A stretch of DNA of 56,513 nucleotides, the filler included, from a bacterium (lineage in GTDB: Bacteria; UBP15; UBA6099; JAJRTR01), in NCBI GenBank assembly GCA_024278215.1. It is 3 parts of 3 records of this genome, joined end to end, with 100 filler letters (N's around TTAATTAATTAA, not from the genome) between each part and the next. Parts side by side here need not be neighbours in the genome. Positions count along the whole stretch, not along the records: positions 1 to 31,562 come from JAJRTR010000021.1; 2 more parts are not named here. One strand, given 5' to 3'. The translations under genes were made by a program, and so were the position numbers. The notes beneath the pieces are model-generated. The model had not been told where the DNA came from. It saw only the letters and a list, made by a program, of their open reading frames with translations, and made no database searches. Of the stretch, positions 8,753 to 16,757 are shown in pieces. How positions within the stretch are numbered: the first letter of the stretch is position 1; the number at the start of each line of letters is the position of its first letter.

Positions 8753-10877
8753 GCCCGCCGACCGGCACACCCGACAGGTGTGGTACGAGAAGCGAAGCGC
8801 ATTATCCTGCAAACACGCGGTTGCCGTTCTCTTCGCGTTCCTTTTTCTTTTTACCTGTTCTCATCGTGTATTTTCACTTCCGATAATGGGCCCGGAAACC
8901 GGGCCGCGAATAGAGAGCCTCATAAGCCGAAGCGCCGATCGTTTCCCGCTTCCCGACGGTTGGGACATCGCCGGGTATCATTACACTGATTTCGACGTTT
9001 TTGTCCGCCTCGAAAAACCGACCGGCGCACAAGCTGTTTTCCGTCTTGCCTGCACTTCGCTTCCGTCGAAAAACACACTTGTCGGCGAATCCCGCAATTT
9101 CAGGATGGAACTCTCCGACTTCTCCGGCGTGAGCGCGCCAGAAACGCTCCGGGTCGGCGACTCGCTTCTGGAAAGAATAAAACATAATGATCAGCCATTG
9201 TTCTTCGATCAGCCCGACATGCAGAACAGAGAAGGCATATATGAATTCCTGTTTAGGAAATATTTGTTTATACCTTTGATTTTTGCAGGTTTTGCAGCCG
9301 GTGTTTTGCTCCTGCTTGTCGGCTTCCCGCTTATCCGGAAGCACCTGCTGCCTGGAAATGTAGTATGCGCCGTGATCCTGGCGTTCCTGCTGATTGCAGG
9401 CGCGGCGTTAAGGTTTGGCGTCGGCCCCGGAGCACCTGTCCACAACAACGGGCATGGAGTCCGCGAGCTGAGATCGATCCTTTACACAGAGTCGCCCGAG
9501 CAGAAAGAGATGCTGTACGGCAGCGTATATACAACCCTGATGAAGAGTCTGGCCGGTGTCGCGGGGAACACCGACAGTGCGGTCTTTAACATCAACAGGA
9601 TTTTGGGAACACTCGCCGTTCTTGGAATGTTCATGTTGGCGCGTGCACTGCTCTTTTCCGAAACCGCCGCACTCACAGCCGCTGCCGCATTCAGTTTCAA
9701 CCCCGGTCTGGTGTGGCTTTCCGGCTCGGAGTCCCCGGCGTCCATGTATCTGTTTTTTGCCCTGTCGGGATTCGCTTTTACGGTCGTTTCCGCGAAAACC
9801 CGAAGTTGGCGTCTACTGTGGCTGTCGTTGATTTTTATATGTGCGGCTTCCACTATGAGGTTGCTTACGATGGCTGCCGCTCCGGTCGCTATACTGCTGT
9901 TCGTCTACTCTTCATATCAACCTGCAAGTCCCGGCAACGATGCCGGAGACAAGAACAGTTTCAAACAACACGCATTACTTTGTTTCGGGATATTGATTGT
10001 CTGGTTGTGCTTCCATTGTCTCACTCTTGACCCCGACAATGCGGCAAACGGGATCGCGCGCATTTCCGCGTCAATGTACCTGCACAACATGCGAATATAC
10101 AATATACTGTTCGACCCGACATTGACACCTGCCTGCCTGCCGTTTTTCGCGGCGACCGGATTCCTTCTGTTGCTGTGGAAGCGCCCGGTGCTTGCCGCTT
10201 TGCTGGCGGTTGTTTTCGTTCTCATAGTGCCGGTGAGTTTCACTACCATGGCCGACCGCACCGACTTCCTGCGCTATCAACCCCAGACACACTGGCTATA
10301 CTTCCTCCTTACGGCTTCGCTCGTGGATTTCATCGCGAAAAGTTCTTTGTCACGTCGAATCGCGGATGTCGTCGCCCTGTCTGTCCCGGCGGCAGTTGTG
10401 ATGTTTTCAATAGCCGGCCTCACATTCCTTGCTGCCGGAAACGAGGAAATAGCGGAGTATCGTTTCATCAGCAACATGTCCGCATCGTTGCCCCCCGGGA
10501 CCGGTATCGCACTTCCCGTGCGCCCGGATGCCGATGAACGAATGATCTCCGATTTTCCGGATTATCAGGGAAGATTCAAGTTGAATAAAACAGGAATCAT
10601 CGGGAGAAAAACCGACGAACTGATATACACAGGGCTCGACTGTTACCGCTACAACGACATGAAAGAAATGAGTCGGAAAGCAGAGGCCGGAGGCATGAGA
10701 CCGGAATGCGCGTCGATCTGCGGCGGGCACCCGATTCCTGTCAGAGAGAAAAAACTGAAAGTCGAAATTCCCGACAGTGTTCTGCACAGGAGATATTTCA
10801 TGCTTGGAACCGACCGGCCAGTCATCGGATTCTACAAATGTCCGGAACACGTGGACAATAAACGCGAGGGTAATTGA
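8727..10877 (+). CDS. Polytopic membrane protein, GT-C-like glycosyltransferase, paralogue 2
   Basis: Collinear similarity to paralogue 1 (PLPxGWxI, HxNxHG, DPTLTP, RYQxxxHW, EYRF, DFPDY, GLDCYR, PVxGFY); overlaps the upstream stop (start 8727 or 8742). Confidence 0.7.
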   Translation: MSVFLMENKPADRHTRQVWYEKRSALSCKHAVAVLFAFLFLFTCSHRVFSLPIMGPETGPRIESLISRSADRFPLPDGWDIAGYHYTDFDVFVRLEKPTGAQAVFRLACTSLPSKNTLVGESRNFRMELSDFSGVSAPETLRVGDSLLERIKHNDQPLFFDQPDMQNREGIYEFLFRKYLFIPLIFAGFAAGVLLLLVGFPLIRKHLLPGNVVCAVILAFLLIAGAALRFGVGPGAPVHNNGHGVRELRSILYTESPEQKEMLYGSVYTTLMKSLAGVAGNTDSAVFNINRILGTLAVLGMFMLARALLFSETAALTAAAAFSFNPGLVWLSGSESPASMYLFFALSGFAFTVVSAKTRSWRLLWLSLIFICAASTMRLLTMAAAPVAILLFVYSSYQPASPGNDAGDKNSFKQHALLCFGILIVWLCFHCLTLDPDNAANGIARISASMYLHNMRIYNILFDPTLTPACLPFFAATGFLLLLWKRPVLAALLAVVFVLIVPVSFTTMADRTDFLRYQPQTHWLYFLLTASLVDFIAKSSLSRRIADVVALSVPAAVVMFSIAGLTFLAAGNEEIAEYRFISNMSASLPPGTGIALPVRPDADERMISDFPDYQGRFKLNKTGIIGRKTDELIYTGLDCYRYNDMKEMSRKAEAGGMRPECASICGGHPIPVREKKLKVEIPDSVLHRRYFMLGTDRPVIGFYKCPEHVDNKREGN

Positions 10878-10902
10878 CGACAGTCGTCTTGATGCTGAAT
10901 AA

Positions 10903-10977
10903 CCCGCATATTTCACAAATACGGGCTATGGACAATAGCAGCCGACCGCCGCCGAATCAGAATTCTGCAATTGGCTC
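10903..10977. mobile_element. Chimeric miniature-element remnant (family-B left end fused to family-A right end)
   Basis: cccgcatatttcacaaatacggg followed directly by ctatggacaatagcagccgacc...aattctgcaattggctc. Confidence 0.75.
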
Positions 10978-10987
10978 TTTAGTAAAA

Positions 10988-12244
10988 TCAGGGGCAGGTT
11001 CTGTGCGCCTTTCGTACACTTCTTCCGCAGAAGTACGGTGTGGGGTCTATGGCGACGCCGTTTTTCCTGATCTCGAAGTGGAGGTGGCTCCCTGTAGAAT
11101 AGCCGCTGCTGTCCGCTTTCATTATCACCTGTCCTTTTCTCACTCTGTCGCCCTTTCTGACGAGCAGTTTCAGTCCGTGAGCGTAGACAGTGGCATAGCC
11201 GGAACCGTGCCTTATAACGATGTGTCTTCCATAGCCGCGTCCATTCGATGCGCTGAAAACCACACCGTCCGCGGCAGCGCAGATGTCCGATCCGTAGCGC
11301 GCACGCAGGTCGACACCCTTATGGTTGGTCGAAGCGCGCCGTGTAGGACTCTTGCGCGGACCAAACGGAGAAGTGATATAAAAACTCCGCCCGCAAACCG
11401 GAGATGAAAACCTTCCGGTGAATGACGGAACAACAGGCTGCTGGCCGTGCGCCCGGCGCAACTGATTCTCTATTGCCTGATTCTCTTTTTCAAGCTGCGC
11501 ATATTCCTCCTCCAGCAGTCGACGCTCCTTTTGTATGCTTAGCAGAGCCTTCCTTTTTATACTTTCCAGCTTCGCATTGTTAGCTTTCTTCTCCGCAAGT
11601 ATTCTTTTCTTTGTTTCCATCTCACGAGCGTTTCTGTCCACCACCGCGCGTTTCGACACTACATCTTCGTGCAACACCTTTAGTTTTTTCATCACATCGA
11701 GATCATGCTGAGTCAGAAGTTGCAAATAGTAGACACGTGTTATCAGATCGCTGAAACTCGATGAGTTGAACAATACTTCAAGATAACCGGCCCGCCCATT
11801 TTTATAATACGCTACGAGTCGCTCCTCGTACCTTTTTCGGTAGGTCTCGAATTTATCTTTCGAAATCTTCAGTTGCTTCTCGAGATATGAACTCTGTGCC
11901 TCTGTCTTTTTCAGATCCCGTGTTGTTCTGTTCAGGTCTCTCTGCGTCCGGTAAAGTTCATTCTGCACTTTATCAAGCTGTGTACTGACACCTTTTTCTT
12001 CCATCATTTTCTTGCTCAGCTCTTCCATTAGCCGCTTCTGCCTTTTTTCATTAACTTTTCGGACCTTTGCCAACTCCGACTCGTTATACGTATCTGCAGA
12101 TCTGATTTGAAGTGAAAGGGGAGACAAACATACAAGGCAAAAAGTGAAAAATATCATTAAGAAACAGTTTATGCGAAAGTCGTCTTTTATATGTGTAGAT
12201 TTCACCAACAATACCCAATTGTACCTTTTCGTTATCATTATCAT
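10988..12244 (-). CDS. EnvC/NlpD-like coiled-coil protein with M23 peptidase domain
   Basis: Hydrophobic N-terminal segment, long coiled coil with FSDLITR, M23 motifs NHKGVD, YAHG, STGSHLHFEIR. True start may be 12205 or 12157. Confidence 0.88.
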   Translation of the reverse strand: MIMITKRYNWVLLVKSTHIKDDFRINCFLMIFFTFCLVCLSPLSLQIRSADTYNESELAKVRKVNEKRQKRLMEELSKKMMEEKGVSTQLDKVQNELYRTQRDLNRTTRDLKKTEAQSSYLEKQLKISKDKFETYRKRYEERLVAYYKNGRAGYLEVLFNSSSFSDLITRVYYLQLLTQHDLDVMKKLKVLHEDVVSKRAVVDRNAREMETKKRILAEKKANNAKLESIKRKALLSIQKERRLLEEEYAQLEKENQAIENQLRRAHGQQPVVPSFTGRFSSPVCGRSFYITSPFGPRKSPTRRASTNHKGVDLRARYGSDICAAADGVVFSASNGRGYGRHIVIRHGSGYATVYAHGLKLLVRKGDRVRKGQVIMKADSSGYSTGSHLHFEIRKNGVAIDPTPYFCGRSVRKAHRTCP

Positions 12245-12459
12245 AATTTATCAAATGAATTTTTCCTATGAATGCCGTTAAAAAGTTTTTACTACACCGA
12301 ACACCGTCAATTGCTATCCCCCAATAAGAACATCCATCTGTAAAATCCCGTAACTCAGAAATTTTACACATCAATTGACAGCTATACATATTTACACTAT
12401 ACTAGTTTACAGTTATACGGTTCAGATCGTCAACTTGCTGTGACGGATAAATTGTTGCA

Positions 12460-12475
12460 GTTGTTACGTGACAAC
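12460..12475. promoter_or_regulatory. Near-perfect 16-bp palindrome, candidate operator
   Basis: GTTGTTACGTGACAAC, one mismatched pair, in the divergent M23/lexA intergenic region. Confidence 0.3.
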
Positions 12476-12494
12476 CGACAATGATCGGCCATAA

Positions 12495-12508
12495 CGAACG
12501 TGCGTTCA
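12495..12508. promoter_or_regulatory. Candidate LexA (SOS) box, GAAC-N4-GTTC type
   Basis: cGAACgtgcGTTCa about 230 bp upstream of lexA, which is normally autoregulated. Confidence 0.5.
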
Positions 12509-12655
12509 GCATTTTAAAGCATCTTGACCGACTTTGACAAAAATATCGTTTTTAAAAATGACTTGTTACGCACGAATCAATAATGAGATTGCCGGAAGCT
12601 GGAGCTTCCGGTTCCAGACGTTCACGGGATAGACCCCGGGAACAATAAAAATCTT

Positions 12656-12728
12656 TGTGCCGTGCCCGAACCGCATTTGTTTGGGTACGAAAATGCGACT
12701 TTTTCGGTGCTGACTACGCCGGGTTAGG
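12656..12728 (+). repeat. Family-C dispersed repeat (miniature-element end), copy 1
   Basis: tgtgccgtgcccgaaccgcatttgtttgggtacgaaaatgcgac...ctacgccgggttagg, closely matching 18934-19006. Confidence 0.75.
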
Positions 12729-12737
12729 GGGAAAAAG

Positions 12738-13334
12738 ATGTCACCTAAGGAACTGACGAAAAGACAACAGCAGATTCTTGATTACATTTACGACTATGCG
12801 AGGGAGGCCGGATACCCGCCGACTATCAGACAGATCGGAGCATTCTTTGGAATCAAGTCGCCAAACGGTGTCGCGGACCACCTGAAGGCCCTCGAAAAGA
12901 AAGGCGAAATACGGCTGCATAAAAACACAGCGCGCGGCATCGAACTCCTGAAATCACCAAAGAAGGGGATACCTCTTGTCGGGCGCATCGCAGCAGGCGC
13001 ACCGCTTCTTGCAGCCGAAAATATCGAAGATTTCATCACTATCGAACGCATGTTCCCATTCGACGGCAGATGCTTCGCCCTGCGCGTGAAGGGCGACAGC
13101 ATGAAAGACAGCGGTATACTCGACGGCGATATCGTTGTCGTGAAATCACAGAGCGTTGCAGCAAATGGCGACATCGTTGTCGCTATCATCGACGACGAGG
13201 CCACCGTAAAATATTTTTACAGAGAGAAGAAAAGCATTCGTCTTCAGCCTGCCAACGATAGCTTCGCACCGATATTTACAAAGAAAGTCGAGATCCGCGG
13301 CATCGTAATTGGAGTTATCCGTTCCATGAATTAA
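12738..13334 (+). CDS. lexA: SOS repressor LexA
   Basis: LTKRQQQIL...GYPPTIRQI...HLKALEKKG winged HTH; IAAGAP cleavage site; VKGDSM Ser and EATVK Lys. Confidence 0.96.
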   Translation: MSPKELTKRQQQILDYIYDYAREAGYPPTIRQIGAFFGIKSPNGVADHLKALEKKGEIRLHKNTARGIELLKSPKKGIPLVGRIAAGAPLLAAENIEDFITIERMFPFDGRCFALRVKGDSMKDSGILDGDIVVVKSQSVAANGDIVVAIIDDEATVKYFYREKKSIRLQPANDSFAPIFTKKVEIRGIVIGVIRSMN

Positions 13335-13382
13335 TCGATGGGCACATACGTAACCATTTGCAATTAGCTTTAAAGGAGATAG

Positions 13383-13412
13383 CCCGCATATTTCACCAAT
13401 GCAGGCCAAAAA
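13383..13412 (+). repeat. Family-B left-end fragment
   Basis: cccgcatatttcaccaatgcaggccaaaaa matches 50840 onward. Confidence 0.75.
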
Positions 13413-13560
13413 CAGGTAAAAACAGTGTCGAAAACCTGTAAACCCTTCAGTTACGCCTCAGAATGACGCAATTCCGTTACCGGTATATGTTGATTTTATC
13501 TAAGAAATAGAATAACCTAGTGCCGAGCAAATCATCGAATGTTTATGCAGGAGGTTTTAC

Positions 13561-13779
13561 ATGGAAGAAGGATCCGAGAAAAGATATTGCCCGATACTTA
13601 AAAGGGCATGCCTCAGAGAACAATGCGAATGGTGGACAGGCAGAGGAGAATATGCGAAATGTGCCGTGAGAGTGCTGGACGACAACAGCTTTAAATTGTA
13701 CAAGATATTGCAGGCGCTCCAGGGCGGCGGCGCACCAACGGGTGGCGGCGGGTTCGGTAAGGAACCGGACGAATTTTGA
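13561..13779 (+). CDS. Small four-cysteine hypothetical protein (72 aa)
   Basis: Strong RBS AGGAGG 6 nt upstream; CPILKRACLREQCEWW...KCAV; Gly-rich tail. Confidence 0.75.
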   Translation: MEEGSEKRYCPILKRACLREQCEWWTGRGEYAKCAVRVLDDNSFKLYKILQALQGGGAPTGGGGFGKEPDEF

Positions 13780-13934
13780 TACTATATCAGGCGGTTTTGC
13801 ACGCGCGGTCATAAAATATATAACCATCCTCGTTCACAGAGGCCACTGCGGGAATACAATAACGTAAGTCTTCAGCTTTCACCATAATATTTCCAGCGGC
13901 AACATGTTTCGTGTGAGACGTGCAAAGGGCATAT

Positions 13935-14738
13935 ATGGCTAAAAAAGAAGAGCATGACAAGAAAACAAAATTCGAGGAAGACAACTATTACATATTCACC
14001 GATGGCGCATGCAGCGGGAACCCCGGTCCCGGCGGCTGGAGCGCTGTAATTGTCGGCGGTGGAAGATACATTGAAACCGGCGGCGGCGACTCGAAAACAA
14101 CGAACAACCGGATGGAAATGACTGCTGTCGTCGAATCGTTGAAAGCTGTGCCACGCGGAGAAACGGTTTTCATCTTTACAGACAGTTCATACACAATAAA
14201 CGGCATCACAAAATGGATTCGAGGCTGGAAAACGAAGGGCTGGCGCAAGAAAGACGGGCTGCCTGTGCTGAATGACGATCTGTGGAAGGCGCTCGACCGG
14301 CAGAATGGGCCGAATGTGACATGGCGACACGTGCGCGGCCACAGGGGCAACTACCTGAACGAACGGTGTGACCGCATCGCTGTAGCTTTCTCCACAGGAA
14401 AAGAAATCGACCTCCGCGCAGGGCTACTGTCTGAAATGGACGACTGCGCCGAAGTAATCAGAGCGATAGAAACAGCTTTGTCCTCTCGGGCAGGCGGGGG
14501 CAACCGGAAGAAAAAAACCGTAAAAAAGCGCGTTGCGAATAATCATTGTGGAAAAGTATACCTTTTCGCGTACAGGGGGAAGCTGTACCGTTTTCGCAAC
14601 TGGCCCGCCTGCCGGGCGTTTTCGAGCGGGAAACCGGGTTACACAAAGTCGTGCCGGTCGCGAGCCGAAGAGATCGAATATGCCAAAAAAGTGGGCCTTC
14701 CCGCGGATGCCGTCGATAATGCTGTCGAGAACCCCTGA
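13935..14738 (+). CDS. rnhA: Ribonuclease HI with C-terminal hybrid-binding (viroplasmin/Cauli_VI-like) domain
   Basis: FTDGACSGNPGPGGW, TTNNRMEM, TDSSY, NDDLW, HVRGHRGNYLNERCD; C-terminal YRFRNWPAC...GKPGYTKSCRSRAEE. ATG 13935 preferred over GTG 13920. Confidence 0.92.
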   Translation: MAKKEEHDKKTKFEEDNYYIFTDGACSGNPGPGGWSAVIVGGGRYIETGGGDSKTTNNRMEMTAVVESLKAVPRGETVFIFTDSSYTINGITKWIRGWKTKGWRKKDGLPVLNDDLWKALDRQNGPNVTWRHVRGHRGNYLNERCDRIAVAFSTGKEIDLRAGLLSEMDDCAEVIRAIETALSSRAGGGNRKKKTVKKRVANNHCGKVYLFAYRGKLYRFRNWPACRAFSSGKPGYTKSCRSRAEEIEYAKKVGLPADAVDNAVENP

Positions 14739-15025
14739 CCGGGGTGAAGAAGATGCGCCTCGCCTGGATTCCAGGACCGCACAAGAGAATAAAAGCCTCT
14801 TCGCTATTTGGTGTGTATAGAAAAATGTAGTGTGCCGGAGGATAACCAAATATTTGCAAAGACCTATGAGTTTTCCGTGCATACCGAAGTTCTTTATGGT
14901 GAACGTGGAGATTTCAGGCCCTGCGTTCCGGGTCGGAGTTCCGGAACGTTGAAAAAACACTTTCTCGTCCAGCCAATAGCTGAAATCCTGCTTCGGCTGA
15001 AAACGCACAAGTTCAGTAAAACTAC

Positions 15026-15203
15026 GAGCCAATTGCAAAATTATGTTCGTAGCGAGGTCGAGCGAAATTGTACAGAGCAAGGCGGATGTGTAAAATCCTA
15101 TCAGGCGTACTTGTAAAGTACGTCGAAGACGATTTCGCGCCGACAACGCAGCTATGGACAATAGCAGCCGACCGCGGCAGAATCAGAATTTTTCAATTGG
15201 CTC
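15026..15203 (+). mobile_element. Family-A MITE, complete 178-bp copy with 4-bp target duplication
   Basis: Ends GAGCCAATTGCAAAATT / AATTTTTCAATTGGCTC; flanked by CTAC on both sides (15022-15025, 15204-15207). Confidence 0.85.
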
Positions 15204-15223
15204 CTACAAATATCCTTTTGTTA

Positions 15224-16576
15224 TCAGACCAATAACTTACCGGCAATCGTTTCAGCCGCCGCGCCGATACTCATCGTTTCACTCCTGCGGGTGTCGAGTT
15301 CGCGAACCTCGGCATTATCCGGGTCGCCCGCCCTGAGAATGACACCGAACGCCGCGCTCCGTTTTTGCGCCAGTTGCATTGTTTTTCCGACAGTTCCGCC
15401 AGTCAGGGCAACGTCGACTTTTAGTTTTTTCGCCCTTAATGTTTCGCCGGCGGCGATTAGAGCACGTCCGCTCACGCCCGTTCCATCGGCACAAACGACG
15501 ACATCGATTCCCGATTGGTTTTCGGGCAACATTCCACGCTCTTTCATCAGCACAAGTATGCGCTCGAAGCCGATGCTGAAGCCAGTTGCCGGAATATCCC
15601 TGTTGCCGCAGAACATGCCGACAAGCCTGTCGTAGCGTCCGCCGCCCGCAAGTGAGAATCCCACATCGGGATGCGTGATCTCGAATATCGGGCCGGTGTA
15701 ATAGTCCATGCCGCGCACGAGAAATGGATCGAAAACTATGTCTATCTCCGCAACGCCCTCGCACAAATCGAGTATCTCCTCGATGCGGCCGATCAGCGCG
15801 TCCGCATCTTCGCCGCTGACTGCTTCGCGCATGGCCGCTATGCGCCCCTCACTGTTCGCGGCTTCTGTCGACTTGTAGAACGCGCTCAGATTCTGCGCGG
15901 TTTCGCCGGACGCGCCTGTCTTTTGTAATTCTTCGCACACGCCGCCGATGCCGAGCTTATCGAGCTTGTCGACCAATCTGCAACCTTCGCCAAGCAGGTT
16001 TTCAGGCAGGCCCATTGCGCCGAGCAGCAGAGGCGCGAGCGGCCTGTTGTTTATTCTCAGCGTGAGCCCTTCACCGAATCCGATTCTTTTCAGGCATGTA
16101 GCTGTAGCGCAAATAACATCAGCTTCCGCCATCATCGAATCCGAACCGATGACATCCACATCGCACTGCACGAATTCCCTGAAACGACCGAACTGAGGCC
16201 GGTCGGCGCGCCACACAGGCGCAATGTGGTATCTTTTGAACACAGGCGGCAGTTCGTTCAGATGCGCCGCCACAAAGCGGGCGAAAGGTACCGTAAGGTC
16301 GAAGCGCAGTCCCATATCGGCAAGCCTTGCCCAATCCTGCGCTCCGATAGCCTTCGACAGCTTATTGCCGCGTTTGAGCACTTTAAACATCAGCTTTTCG
16401 TTTTCGCCGCCGCCCTTGCCCTCGAGCACGTCCACATTCTCTACAACCGGCGTGTCGATGGGTTGATAGCCGTACTGCTCATAAGTCTCCGATATAATGC
16501 GCTTCAGGTACTCGCGTGCCTTAAAATCGTCAGGCATCAGGTCCCTGAATCCCTTTGGTGGTTGTATCCTGCTCAC
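15224..16576 (-). CDS. hisS: Histidyl-tRNA synthetase
   Basis: PKGFRD, LRFDLTVPFAR, WRADRPQFGRFREFVQCDVD, LVRGMDYYTG, AGGGRYD, GFSIGFER. GTG 16576 preferred; ORF track starts at 16618. Confidence 0.95.
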   Translation of the reverse strand: MSRIQPPKGFRDLMPDDFKAREYLKRIISETYEQYGYQPIDTPVVENVDVLEGKGGGENEKLMFKVLKRGNKLSKAIGAQDWARLADMGLRFDLTVPFARFVAAHLNELPPVFKRYHIAPVWRADRPQFGRFREFVQCDVDVIGSDSMMAEADVICATATCLKRIGFGEGLTLRINNRPLAPLLLGAMGLPENLLGEGCRLVDKLDKLGIGGVCEELQKTGASGETAQNLSAFYKSTEAANSEGRIAAMREAVSGEDADALIGRIEEILDLCEGVAEIDIVFDPFLVRGMDYYTGPIFEITHPDVGFSLAGGGRYDRLVGMFCGNRDIPATGFSIGFERILVLMKERGMLPENQSGIDVVVCADGTGVSGRALIAAGETLRAKKLKVDVALTGGTVGKTMQLAQKRSAAFGVILRAGDPDNAEVRELDTRRSETMSIGAAAETIAGKLLV

Positions 16577-16671
16577 TATGATAACCTGCTTCTGTGGTAT
16601 TAGTTTACAACATTCCACTTCCGTATTGTGCTTGTACCGTCAGACACAGCAACATCCGCGTGCCGTGCATA

Positions 16672-16698
16672 AACCCGCATATTTCACAAATGCGGGTT
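16672..16698. repeat. Family-B-derived palindrome (REP-like) between thrS and hisS
   Basis: AACCCGCAT-atttcacaa-ATGCGGGTT, perfect 9-bp arms. Confidence 0.75.
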
Positions 16699-16757
16699 AA
16701 ATTATTTTTGTTCCGGCGCTAATATCCTGTAGCCGGCCGGCAACGCAACATAAAACA

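Noticed and set aside
13790-13930. Retron-like or 6S-like RNA before rnhA (tttgcacg / cgtgcaaa ends)
   Set aside because: Only an 8-bp pairing, no convincing inner stem, and no reverse transcriptase in the window.
14424-15161. 245-aa minus-strand ORF and 14808-15116 plus-strand ORF
   Set aside because: Both run through the family-A MITE, the former also antisense to rnhA; no recognisable motifs.
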